A DNA stretch of 64,000 nt from Ophelia neglecta. Its lineage: Eukaryota. Positions 15,801 to 29,800 of this stretch are shown here, piece by piece. The stretch covers positions 46,438,001 through 46,502,000 of the forward strand of contig OZ260665.1 in the NCBI GenBank assembly GCA_965285935.1. Direction: 5' to 3'. Below the pieces are notes generated by a model that had not been told where the DNA came from, did no database searches, and saw nothing but the letters and a program-made list of their open reading frames with translations. A program made the position numbers and the translations under genes. The stretch's first letter is position 1. Each line of letters starts with the position of its first letter.

Positions 15801-17734
15801 TCATGTACACGGGAAGATTTAATCAGGATTTGATGGACTGTGTGAGGGCCATAAAGTTGTATCTGGTTAGAATGGCCTAAAATTGCAGGACAAATATGGT
15901 AAATTGGGTCTGTTTTGTGGATTCAGGGATGTAGTTTGTGAACCTCTGGTATCTGTCATTGATTCTGAATCAGAATCTTACTGTTAAACCTAGTTTCTGA
16001 CAGGGGTTGGCCTTATTATGGCATAAGATTGAAGGCAGATATCCAAGAATTGATTTTCTTCAGGGCAGTTTTACCCCTTTCTATTTGTCTGTTTTCTGAT
16101 ACAATCGCTAGTTTTGTGGGTTGCGCTTGTAGGGGCAGCAAGGCAATCTTATTGCTACAAGATTACACATTGTGATCTATTGGGTGAACTGAATTGGTTG
16201 GTTGAAATAACAGATTTAATGTTGCTACTGATTTTTTTCTGATGTTGAGTTTTTGGTGCATTTGTACAAATGAAATAAAGAATATGAAGAGAGTTTTCAT
16301 CATTGTGCATCATGCTTCCATAACTATTTCACAATGCTCCTAACTTTCTGAATAGGCCAGCCTTTAGTCTGTTTACCTTTTTACAAAAGTAAACTATTAA
16401 TGTGTGCATATCAAGTTGCCTGTCTTTTGTGCTTGATACTGTTGTACATTTACAAGGAAGTTTGTAAAACTATAAGTTAGGAATTAAAATTTGTCCACAG
16501 TTTTTCCCAGATGAAACAATGAAAACAAAAAGCATTGGACGTTTGTTGATGTCCCTTACACATCCAACAGCATAGTGATCAAATATTATCAGTGTTCATC
16601 TACAATGCCCTGGGCACTGGGCTGTAATTTAGGGTTTAACATGCAATGTGGGATATTAGAGGTCCTGCAAAGCCCTGTCCCCAGGGCTCTGGTTACTTTT
16701 GGGAAGCTTTTACTGACTCATTATTGTATAATGGCCAAATGTCTGGTCCAGGGACAATGGAAGTCACATTCAGTTTAATGCATTCAATGTCATTAACAGG
16801 TGGACATAGTCTATGAAAAGTTAGAAAGACTAGATTTAAAACAACTGTGGGCATATTATATAACTCAAAGCTATGTATTGGAATTCTTACTTCTTTGTTA
16901 CTTAGTTTTGATGATTCTCATTCTAGATGACTGTATTGTTACAATTTATCTGCTTTTTTTAAGTGGTGTAAATGTATTGAACTTTTGTGTGGCCTTTATT
17001 TTAGACTAAGCAGATTATGGGTGGTGAATCCGAGTTTCAATATACAACCAAATAATTTATCAATTTGGCTCTGTTGCCACAACATCACCTTATAACAAAA
17101 CTGGAGTATACATGTGTACACGTATCAAAATTAGCCTGTGTCGATACAGCAGGAGAGATTTATAATGTATATAATTTTATTTCAGCCTTCTAGTTCCTTA
17201 CATGTGTAATGGCTGGCAGCATCTGATCAAATTCTCACCAGGTGAGGTGTGTCTGTCAAAGAAATGTCTGTTAACCCATATTGTAGTATTTACATCACAT
17301 GAGGCACTGCTAAATGTCTTCTCCCAGAGAATTTAACTTACTCTCTCACACAGACTAATAACATGGCATCAGACACCAGAACTCTACAAAATATATCCAA
17401 ACTGATATCTGTTGAAAAATGGGAGAATTGTCCCTGTGCAAGTCAGCTAGGTGTTTACAGGTGAATTATCAGCTACAAGTGCCTACTCAAAATATTATGG
17501 ATACCACTAGGTGGCAGTGATATTTTCACACTGAGTATTAATACACTATGTGCTGTGAGTTTATACAGGGATGATAGTGATGATTAATGAGTAGCTGCAG
17601 CCCAGGTGTGCAGACCACTGGTATGAGGTTGATAAAGGAATTATACCACCCCAGCATCTGGTCAGTATCAGTGATATTACCCTGTCACCTGGCCTGTGAG
17701 TCAGCCACCCAGCTGGGCCATGTCTCATATGATA

Positions 17735-18550
17735 CTCCTGTTACATCTCAGACCATCTTCAGACTCCTGTGTTACACCACAGAGACAGGTGCTATACCTA
17801 GGACCCATGGTACACTAACAGAAGCCTGTAACACCATTGGCCCATGTTACAGTACAGACCAGGTGTATACTCAGACCCATGGTTCACCACTAGACCTCTG
17901 TAACACCACAGACCTATGTTACAACATAGACCCATTGTACAACTCAGACCCATGTTAAAATGCAGAACTGTTTTACACCTCTGACCCATGTTAGAGAGAA
18001 CAATTGTCTTATGCTTCATCCCCTTATACTTTACACAGTTCACTTAGGACATCCATATATACATCCTGGTCCCATTTTCACGGCCCTCAAAAGGACGTTT
18101 CGTAAATTATACTGGTTGGGATGTCTCCGCCCCATTTACCTAGCCCACAAACCTGTGTTAAGCCTCCCGCCTTACACCACAGATCCAAATATTAAACCTC
18201 ATTCCTATAGATGAAACCTCAAAGTCCCTTGTTATGCATTTGTTACCTATTTTACATGTGAGTCCCATCATACACTTCACAAGGACTTGCATGTTACACC
18301 CATGCCCCATGTTGTACAGTAAAACCTGTGTTTATGGTCACCTGTGTAATAAGGACACCTGCCCACTAAGGTCACTAAATAATAGCCCAATCACCAACAG
18401 ACCTGCTTATTAGTAATTAAGGTCACCTACATAATGTGGCCAGTTTTTTTCAGTCCCTTGACTGACCTGATTAGACGGGTTTCACTGTACTTCACATCAC
18501 ATTGTGTTACACCCTAGATAAGTGTTACATCCCAGACCCAAGTAACACTT
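17735..18550. repeat. Highly degenerate ~19-20-bp tandem repeat (CAGACCCATGTTACACCA-like), interrupted by the 18317-18487 MITE
   Basis: Recurrent agacc(c)atg / tgttaca(c) motifs, densest at 17740-17995 and again at 18290-18315 and 18500-18550. Confidence 0.6.
18317..18487. mobile_element. Older MITE, Tc1/mariner-pogo-like, 171 bp
   Basis: TA|CAGTAAAACCTGT...GGTCA at left and TGACC...ACGGGTTTCACTG|TA at right (imperfect TIR of ~24 bp). Internal AAGGTCAC/AAGGACAC subrepeats. Confidence 0.75.
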
Positions 18551-21500
18551 AAATCCACCCATTGAATGCACTGGACAAACTTGGTGTCCTGAGATAGTTT
18601 TAAGTTCCAAAAGTTACTTTAGTTTGTAGGAGCCCTGCCATAGTTTATCTCTACCAGCAACAGGCTTGATTTACATGAATTATATGGTTAATGTGAATGT
18701 TTACATTAAACTTATCCTTGAAATGTCTGTGTTGTTGTATACAAACAATTTGTCTATCTTGTTTTCTGGTCCCTCATGATGTCATGTAAGATGCAGTTAC
18801 CCAGAATCTCATCAAGGTTGAGTGTAAGCCAAGTCATATTTTGATGCTACAGGTGGTGTATACCATGATAAGACCTGCTCACGGGCCCATTTGTCAGACT
18901 CTTGCTTGGTTAAAGAGTACAATTATTTTGTGGCTAAGTTGCTTTTTGGCACAGTAATGACCACTTTGAGCTGGAAATGTGAGATTTAAATGAAATTGGT
19001 CACCAGAAACACAAGTTCCACTCACAAATTCTTGTTTTATTATATCTGTCATGGGTGGTAAATATGAGACCTGGCACTCAAACCCTCACCAATGTACTGA
19101 AATAGATCTTCTGTTGGAAATTTAAACCAGCTGGCAGATGTCAAAGCAGACAGATATTTGGTTATCTTTTGGCTTGATATGACTGACAAATTTCCTGTAT
19201 TTTTTATTCACAGTGGCATGGATTTAATCTTGGAGGTTTTCCTTCCAATATTTGGCATGTGCGGCATTTCTAAGTTTATTGTTAAATCTAAATTTATGGT
19301 TTTTCCCTGTAGGTTTCTTGGTGTCCTGTCACAGGGTCGCAGCTTGCCAAGTAGCATTCTGTAAGATAGTGGCCAATTTCTCTTGGCTATGAAATATAAT
19401 TCTTGATAAATGTCTTGTCAGTCGAGGCTGATTGATTACAGGGCAGGTAAATTTGCTGTTTGGCAGAAAAATTGACCTCCATTGACCATGCACCATGTGC
19501 TAGAACTACAGACTTATCACACTGTAAATTGAACTGACCTCAACTTGTCAATTTATAAAGTAGACTCACTAATGAAAATAGGTAATATCAATTTATTGGA
19601 TGTACTGGTTATATTTTTTCTATCCGAGAAACTCTGGACTTCTCCAGGGTGCATTCATTTGTCATTTGCCCAACTAACAATATTGGAAGTCTGAGGGACA
19701 TAGCAAGTTTGTTTACCTAGTCCCCTTATTAACAAGTATGTGTTATCAGTTCTCACCTATCTCATAGAAAAGTGTGAATGTATCAGCTCTGTGGGTCATC
19801 ACAGGTCATCACAGGCATCAAATACACAATTGTTGTAACAGGAGAAAAAATTGTCTTTTATACATCTAGAGATTGTAAATAATGGTGAACTGAAACAGTG
19901 ATATGATTCCCTCAATTTTCAATAAATCATGTACAGATAAACCCATACTTATTCCTCTAGGAGTGCATAGGCACAGTATTTGTAAGTTAATACTGTAGTT
20001 TAGTTGCCAGGGCCTGCATCCAGTTTTTGAAAGCCAACCGCTTATGAGTGTACCCAATTACATACCACATATCTCAGCCACTTGAAATGAACAGTATGAA
20101 AATGATATGGATGCTTGAACAACAATCACAGGTTTTCATACAGTGTAGCATTTATGACTGGAACATGTGGTAAGTTCAAGATGCTCAGTTGGTTGAAAAA
20201 AGCATAGCTGCCTGTTCGTTAGTGACTGCTTTAAGTTTGTTCAGTCAAACTGAACAATTGTAGGTTTTACACTTTTTATGTCATGACGGTACAGTCTCTT
20301 AATATGATCTAAACATGACATGACACATGCACATGATGAAAAGCTGCAGTTTATCAAATGGTTCAAAAGATTTAACATGGTTGTAAAATGAATTCTGTCT
20401 TTATCCAAATAACATTCTAATATAAATAAACTAATAGGTAATATGTATTGAAAGCCATTATGCTTCATCTGACATTTTGGACAGTTATTGTAGTATACAT
20501 TTTGCATTTGATGTGTTTAAGCACCTGCCAACATGGCAAATGTTGATTTAATGAAGTTTTCCAAATCAAATCATCGTAATTACATGGTGAATTGTTGTTC
20601 ATTGTACCGTTTGTGTACATTCAGAGCCTGCTGTGTCATGTCATAGAGAAATTGTCCATGCCCAGCCCCAAGGTTGATGAAACTTTCAGCCTGTGCCCCT
20701 TTTTGTTGGTGCTTACTGGCTCGTTTCCTTAACAACCTGGTTAATTTCAAGTGCTTGTCTTCCAGTGTAACACATTAGCCAAGGTGGTGTACTTCAGATA
20801 GAATTTCATCAAATGGCTTCCATCGGTCATACCACTGGGAACATATCAAAGTGGCTTAGGTGCTGATGAACACCTGTGTTGCCTCGGGATATAGGGAAAA
20901 TGTAAATGTTGACAAAAGCAACGCTTAACAATCTTTACCAGCTTACTCTTTGGGCCGCCTTCTCACTCACTTATTCATCTAGATCTACAAGTGCTTTTTT
21001 TTAACTTTAATATATTTCAAGTGGTAATGTTTGTCAACGTTGACTGCAGAGAAACATGAATGTCTATATTAGGTTAGTGTGTACCTGACAGTTGATGTCT
21101 TGAGCTTACCTCTTGTGTATTTAACCTTACATTAGTCAGTTATGAAGTCAGGACTGCCTACTGCCATAATTCTCTATATATTTGGACTGGTTTAACAAAT
21201 GTGTGTTTGGCATTATTCTCACATGAAAAACACTTCACTATTTTACTTTTTTGTGTTTGCTGACTCAAGTGTTGCACCTGCTAAGATATAACAGACGGTA
21301 AAAGACTGACTTGGGAACTGTGCCATGCTAAGCCTGTCAAAATTGATTTTGTATTTGACATGATGCCTTTAGGTGTACCCAGTCTATTGTGCCTTGGTCT
21401 ATATGCTAATCCTGGAGCACAAATGACTATGTTTAGAGGAGTCTCTAGAAAGGATGTCTAACTCAAATATTTGTGTTTGCTGTAGAGATTTGTGTTACTA

Positions 21501-24500
21501 TACATGTGTATACATGGTCATAGCATTTATTAAATCACTGCCAGCAGATGATGTTTAACCTCCAACCAAAAATAGGTAAATTTACCCAACGCAATTTAAT
21601 TTTTGTGTAATTTAGAAATGGATGCAAAAGAAAATAGTAACAGCAGCTGGTTGCTTGTGATTAGGCTGATTAACCCAATGTGGTCAACAGTTCTGACATT
21701 GGCACAATAAAAATGACATAGGGTTTCATAACGGCATTGTGCTGAGCTAGCACTATGGCTCCTTTATTTTCTATTACAGGTATGAATGCAACAAATCCAG
21801 AAAAACTTCTAGTACACTCCAGATGCCATATAACAAAGGGACACATTTCCAGTGTGGAAGTTTTTTTTTAGGACTGAAGGGGTTATTATTAGTGTCACCT
21901 TTTGTGTCCATTCCGCCTATGCCCTTTTTGTCTTAGGATCCACCATTATTGTTAAATAGTCACAGAATTATACTCCAAAAAAATAAAAACGGAATAAAAT
22001 ATAACAAGTGTTGCCGTTCCATGAGCTTATATTGCTTCCATATTTGTGTGGAAAGTCAGGTAGTTGTTCTGAGTTTGGGTCTACTGTTCAGGGATACTGT
22101 AAACAGATTGCTGAAGGGACCAACTCATTTTCTTAAATACTTTATGTTGGTACTTGTTGTTGCTTGGTCAGAAAGGAAAAACAAAATCAGCTGACTTGAA
22201 GTTTTAAGCAGGAAATTAATAGGCCAGAAACCTAAAACATTATTTAAAAGCATGGTTTTCAGCCAACCAGATCGCTAAAATTTGCTCTACTACATTCTTA
22301 CCAGGTTGATTTACATGATGATAGTTCAGAGATCACAATGCCGTGACAGTTTGATTCCCTGGTTAACAAATGAAGCATTGAAATTGACTTTCACTGGTTA
22401 TTGGATGGCAACATGTCTGCTGGGAAGTTTTTTTATTAAAAACAATTCTACACCAGTTAGATTACCTGTCAGAGTTTTTTTTTATTATAGCTGTGTATTT
22501 GTTGTCAATCACTGACTGATACTGCCACAGTTTAATCTAAACCCAAACTTTTGTGGACCCATAGTGTACATGTACATTAATCAGGAATCAGAGGAAAAAA
22601 TGACTTTAAGTATAGTAGAAATAGTACATGCAACTAGAACATGTATGCATGGAGTCCCATTGGCGTATAATTAGAGCAATATTGAATAAAGTGAATTCAA
22701 AGGGGTAGCTTGTTTGTACACTCGATGCAGTTTTCCCTGGTTGAAATTTTCAAATTAGGCAATAAACATTAATATGTATGAAATAATAATTTGATAATTG
22801 TTTATATCAATCAATGGTGACATAAAGTAAATAGCAGCAGGTTGAAATGAATGGAATTTTTCATGTAAAATTATTTCCAATGAGAAAGGCATTATCATTT
22901 TTCACTGGAGACATGATTTATATATTTTGATCTATATGATGTATTCATGAATAGCAAACCTGCTCATTTTGTTTCCACCTGCTTCTCTGTGAAGTCAGGT
23001 AGGGTTTACACATAGCTCACATTGATTAATCTTAGTTGGCGCTCCAAGTCGTCACTGCAGTTCGCTCCCAGATTTTACAAATCAGTAGAGCTCTCACAAG
23101 CTGTCTCAAATGGCCGGTCTTTCAGCCAAAACTCCGTCCATCAGCACACAATGGCATATTTCGGTAGCCTACCGCCCAGACTAAGGTCGTAATTGATAAC
23201 AGAAAAAAAAAATCTGTGTTATTCCTGCTAAACTATGGAAAATGTCTCAAAATTGAAATTGTTTACACACAAACTAATGACAGATTTTTATGGCATATTT
23301 GATATGCATTCAGGCCTTTTAGAACTTCTCCCAGCACTGAAGGTGAGCACTTTTGACAAGTTTCCACAGAACTTGGATTCTTTTTCTGATCTGCATTATG
23401 ACCACATGTGCTGCCAATTTTAGGGTTTCAGGCTAGGATTATTTGATTCCCAGCAAGGGACAGCTCAGATGGCTCTGGTATCACGATGGCTATTAAGAAT
23501 AGATGAGATCCAGAAACAGTTGCTGTTCAACATTGTCAATGAACAATTTTGCTTAATTTTACTGTGATAAGAGAAAACTATGAGAAGGACTGTGGAGTTG
23601 CAAATCAAAGGAGGGATTAGCCTGGGTTGAAACTGAAACAGACTGTGATACATGGACACACACTTTGATACATGTATACAGACTATGTTACATTGAAGAC
23701 AAGTTGCAGAGTGGCAGTCTCCTAAATAGGATGCTTGATCAGCAGTTTTGCACCAACACCACTATGTGTTCCGTAGTAACATGCAGTGTTTTGTGGACAA
23801 CCAGATTCACTGAATCTGTTATGAAGAAATTTGTTTGATGTTGTATGCAATGAATAAAAAGGCTTTTAGGAACTTATCTATACTACTTGTTTATTGCAAT
23901 TGCTTCAGCACTAGGGAATTATTGTACATAAGGATGTTAAATAGCATTATACTGTCTAGCCCATAATGTCCCAGGTCACCAAAGCACATGTGACTTCACT
24001 CATTCATTTCATATGCCACTGGAACATTTACAAGTCATTAAATGGCCAATGCAAATGTAGATAATTACTAGAACCAAGGCTGGAAGATCCAGCATGTGGT
24101 TCTAATCCATTAAACTCTCACATCAAACTTCTCAGTGCTTTGGAATCAGATTGAGCCATCAACCTAAGTCGATTACAAATCTGGGTAAACCTTTCATAAA
24201 TAGTAATTTGGTACAAAAACAAACAAGTGATGTCTTCCCTGGAGGAAGATATTTAAACTCTACCAGTACCATGGAAACACTACCACTATATTTGGTATAA
24301 TATATATGATATAATATATATATATAATTGCAACTCCTGTTGCATTTATTTAAAAATAATGTGAGCATATGTCTGCAGTACTGAAAGGAGGCTACCCGGT
24401 TTTCTCTATTCATCCTATTATTCCAGCAGCTTAGCCAGTCTTAGCCATCTCCAGACGACCTTTGAATCATTTCTTAGGATCAGATCAGCTTTACTCCATA

Positions 24501-26274
24501 CTAAATTCAATGCTCTTTCCAACTTAATATTATTTAAGTTATCAGTCAATAAAATCACAAACCATTACCAGGAAATCCTCTTAGTGTCTGATGAACTTAT
24601 TTAAGCCAAGTACAAGGGTCATGCCAATCAGTGTTGAAATTTGATATACTCTTTACAAAAGTAATCAGACTTTGTTAAGTGCTCTTGTGTGGTCATCTTT
24701 TGATATTTTTCGGAAAATGTTCCTTTTGTTTTTCCTTTTGTATGACAGTGTTTTTCAACAACTGTATTTTAAGGAGAGTCTACCAGATAATATAATTTTT
24801 ACTGGGAGTGTCTTTTTGTGAACACCACTCTGTGCTATGTACATTAGACAGTTTGCAGCACACTAGCAGAGTCATAACATTCTTACAGGGGCAAGAGTAC
24901 CAAAAAAAACTTCTTTGGTAGAGGAATGTTAAATAATACACTGTGAGATGATTAGATATAAAGCAGAGCCTAAAGTCAGGCAAAGGTGTAGAAATATAGC
25001 TTCCAATGTCACCTTTGTTTGATGTAGTAGCCTTGGGTAGTAAACAGAAAACCAACTCCTTGGTGCCAAGTCTTTCCATAGTTTATGCAAAGAAAATGTT
25101 CAGCGCGATAGAACTCCAGTGTTGAACCAGATGTGCAACTGGAGATGTATTTGTTTAGATTTTCAGTGTCTGTTCATAGACCCCAGAATAAATTATGTGC
25201 AAACTGGAAGTTTATTTTTTCTTTTCTTTTGTTATTTACAAATTGATTTATTCAGGTATATGTATGTAATATGGATTAAAGGCTTGCCATATTAAAGAAA
25301 AGTTTGATGATAATAAGAACATTGGTCTTATTCCTATCGCAAAGAACCTTAATTGCTTGTTTTTTTATAGGATATATAATTACAGTGGAAAAAAATATGA
25401 TGAATATGGTTATAAATAAGCTACGTCTTAGTTTCCCTGTAGTTATGTTTTGTCTCAGTGTTATACTTGACACTTTCCACAAATATTCCATTTGCTTGCT
25501 CCCCGCTCTTCTTCCAAGTATTTTCTAACAAACCCAATGAGAGCTGTGTATGATTTTGATGAAGCCAATGTGTATTATTGTCCTGTTGCTGGGGTGAGCA
25601 TCATCTCTAATAAGGCGGTAATGAAATCCCATCATGCTTTAACAAAATGTCAATATGTGACAAATTATACACCAGAGGTGCAGTTTTTTGTAAACGCTAA
25701 ATTTCAGGTTCAAATATGCTGTTTGTGTCCTTGAATTGACATTATTAATGCAATACATGATATATCCTGTGTATAATGTTTGTCAATAGCCATGTAATTT
25801 GGAAGACAAAAAGGATCCTATTTTGTTGATGTACACTGTTTGCCCCTCTGTATTGTTTAGAGAGGCAAAAGTACTTGTTTTGTTGACATTTATATTTATT
25901 CATCATGATTTAATATTATTTTCTGATAGTTCTCTTTATAATTATTGAATACAAGATTATACTGTTGCCCAAACAATATTATATTAACCCATCTTAGGGC
26001 TTGATCACTGTCCAAATTTGTATGGCACTCCAGTGTTCTTAATGGCACATTCTCAATGCCAATTACTGAAAATGGCTGGGTGTTTGGCACATCCATTTGT
26101 AACTGGCTTGATTGCACTTGACATATCAATACCCTATTCTATGAAGGATTTAGTGATTGTTGTCAGATACAATGTCATTAGGTGCCTTTGTGAATCTCAA
26201 TATCTCCGCACCCACCCTGAAGAAGCAACTGGAACAAGATATTTACATACATTTCTACATGTACATGTACATGT

Positions 26275-26863
26275 CCCAGGGGGAGAACACTTTGGTAGAA
26301 TTTGTTTAGTCATGTTCGTACAAAAAACAAAGAAAAGGGTGTGTTCTTTAGTGAAGATGCTTACCCATGCTGACCCTTGTGTTCGTTTTCAAGCATTTTG
26401 GAAAAAAAGCGTTGGTTTTTAGTCCCAAGTTCGGGGGGGGGGGGGGGGGGGTTAAGGGTCCTTTTTTTCATGTTCATTGCAGCTTAGCTGACCAGGAGGC
26501 CATCATGTTTATATCTGATAAAATTAGTGTGTATGTTTACTCTAACTGCAGCACTGCTTTCCCAGTTGGGGTACTGCTGTCTCTTATATGTGGCTACGTC
26601 TAGTGATAAAAAAAAAACAGCTTTCTCTCAGTATTTAGGGGTACCTTTTCCAGCCGTCCTATGATTAGGGTAATATTTTCAGATAGAGTGTTTAGGGTAT
26701 TTATATTTCCCCACATCAAGGTCAATGTTTAGGGTAAGATTTGAAGTTGATATATAAACACAGGACTACATAATAAATCTAAAGTATGGAAGGTGATGTC
26801 CACCCATGACTACTTAGCAAATACATAGAGTGGCCCCCCTCCCCCCCCCCCTCCCCCCAAGGG
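26275..26863. mobile_element. Possible degenerate non-autonomous DNA transposon with CCC...GGG termini (EnSpm-like)
   Basis: Begins CCCAGGGGGAGAACACTTT and ends AGAGTGGCCCCC...CCCCAAGGG (loose inverted match). Repeated internal TTAGGG(T/G)/AAGGGT motifs. TSD not clear. Confidence 0.35.
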
Positions 26864-29800
26864 TATATGTGCAAGGAAAAGATGAAATATACCAGCTTTG
26901 TCAAGATCCTATTTAACTAATTGTATATATTAGATATACATGTGTGTTGTTAGACCATGTATATACTTCCACATATTTTTTATCATGCATATGCCAGTGA
27001 TAAACACCAGTAATACATTGATGTTAGACAGACACAGTAGAAAAAGGCATTTTTTTGCTGCACATCAAGTACTGCGCAAGCAAACATCAGCCAATAATTG
27101 TCTTTGAAATATTTCCAGTTCTTGACATCATATCTATTGATGGCTCAAGCAAAATATTAAGATGGGGTGTCTTTCTGCCCAGTGTTGTGTAAATAGGATT
27201 AAAGACCATTAATAGGCCTGTGTGGCCATGTGCATCTCCTAATAATCCTTGAGTGAGTCTGTGCAGTCAAGGATGAGTAACTGGGCTGTGCATATCATAA
27301 GGAGGGGCGGTGGAGGTTGAGGAAAGGGGGGAGGGGGGAGGAGAGAGGTCTGGCTAATTTTTTTTAAAAGCTTTATTTATCATTTTCAATAGCTATTTAT
27401 AATATTACCCTATTCAATAACTTTTTATTAGTTTCAGGTGAACTTTCTTGAAGTTGTGTACAAATAATGTGATGACCCTTATTTAGAATTGGATATCAAT
27501 AGAGTTGCAGGATTGAGTTAGTTCCTGCCTTCTTAAGTGTACAGCTTCTTTACCCAAGTTTATTATCAGAAAATTGATTTTGCTCATTTATATTTACTTT
27601 TATATTTAAATGGGTACATTGTAGAGGGTTCCCTACCCTTTGTTTAATCAGATATTAGTAAACTATTGAATGTACCACACCTTGGAGTCCATGAGTGTAG
27701 GAGCAACAGTCAGGCTGAGTGTACTAATAGAGGAGCAGGGTTCTGCCCAGCAGGGATGGGTATATAGCTGTGGGGAGTGTGTTTGAAGTGGGTGAGGAGC
27801 ACAATAACAATGATATGACAGTATACTGCCTCAGGGTAATGACTATATGAATTGCAACACCTGGGACTATAATACAGTGCTTGTAGATGAACTAACACAC
27901 AGCACACACACACCCCCTCCTTCTCTGCCCCCCCCCCCTCCCCCCCCCCCCATCAACATGGTATCAATAGGTTACAGTTTATCTGTGATGTACTGTGAAT
28001 GAGCATCTATTTTACATATATACTGTGGTCCCATGATGGTCTTCAATGCTTACATTTTATAAATGTGTACTTTCTGGATATATGGTGTATAGTAGCCGGT
28101 CAAGTTATCAGAGCATTCATAGAGGATGATGTTCATGTGTGTTATCATGATAGAAATGAGAGATAAGCTTGTTTTTGACTTTGCTTTCCTGTTCTAGCGT
28201 CTCCTAACACTCATTCTTAACCTTCCTACAAATGTAATAGACTGGGAACTGGAAGGCTCAGATGATTTCCAGTTCTTACCATTGGCACAATAACATAACC
28301 AGGTTCTTACTTTACATCTCTTATATGAATGGCCCAACAAGGGCTGTGGGAAAGTTTCATGGTGTGTTGTTTTGGCTAGCCACGATGGCCTAAAATTTAG
28401 GAGGGAATATCTGGCTAATATTGATAATGGGCTCTCACCTGACCAAGGTGTACTCCTAGAAGTCAGATGTGTGTTAGCTGTTAAAACTACATATGTAACA
28501 AGGTATATGAGTGAATATATACATGTATTAAGGTGATCATTATTAGAATACTGAGGTGATGGTGGGGCTAGTATAAAGGGCAGTGTGTGATAATAGTTCC
28601 AGAGAATGAGAGAGGTGGTCCCTCCAGACAGGTAGCCATACATGATCATGTACTTTACAATGACATACACTTACTATCAAGTCCTCCTGAAGGGCATGAA
28701 ATTATTTGAGGGGTCCTAGCGAGCAAGCCGTGTAATTACTCTATTGATGTGATATGGTGTAGCTACCCCAGGCCATTTTCCTACCTTCCATTGCTTTGAT
28801 GGCTATGTGCTGATGGTTACCATTTCAGTTTGTAGTCACCTGTCCCATTTATTGATGCCCATATATGTTCTGTGAATGATTCCCATAATTCTAATGTTAC
28901 CTCTTTTATCCACACTACATTTGAAACCAATATCATGAATAGATTGGTCAATTTAACATTTATAGATACTAAATGTAAATATGTGGCTTGCTTACAAAAA
29001 ATGACATCACTCCAGAGATATTTTTGTCAAGGTAAAGAAAGTAAGAGACTAATGAATGCAGAAACATGTTCAAAGTTAGATTGGGGGATAAAGTTTCCCT
29101 ATATTTCTTTTTCCTTAAAAGCAGATGGATATAACCTGTGCTCAGTTTACAGTATTGGTTGCATTTGTTGTTTTCATTTAGTTGAATTATTCAATGTCGA
29201 TGAAGTAAACAAACATTGGCGTGTGCAGCCAACCCATGTCAAGAAGAGCCACCCCGGCCAGAGGACAGGCCTTTGCATGTCTGCCCTTGGTATTGAGTTC
29301 CACAGTTTGTCTGCTAGATTCAGAGAACAAATAATTTACTGAGTATGTGTTTATTTATTTGGCATTAATGAAACCAGAAATATGGTTAAAATTTTCAGCC
29401 TTAACTTTATGCATTGTCCATTGTACATCATAATCTTGTCTGGTTAATGTACAGTGTTATGTAATAGTTATTGAAACATTAGTTAAACACTTTGTAAAAT
29501 GCCCAACTTTGTAAGCTGGGAAGTTCATGGCCTTCATTTTCAGTCACTTGCTAAAAGAATACTTGTTTAGACCATACACTGGCTAACACTGTCCAGAGAT
29601 TGACATTGTCCTTGCCTTTCTAGTCTACAAACCAGACATGTTCAAGTACATTGTAGGTACTTATGAATTTGAGGATTCCTTTTGTTTCTTTTGATTTCTA
29701 GCAGTGAATTTTAAATTCTAAGTAGCTTTATTAGTCGGTGTATGTTCTTTAAAACAAAGTCCAATGAATACAGTGTGCAATACGCTCTTTGAAAAGGTTG

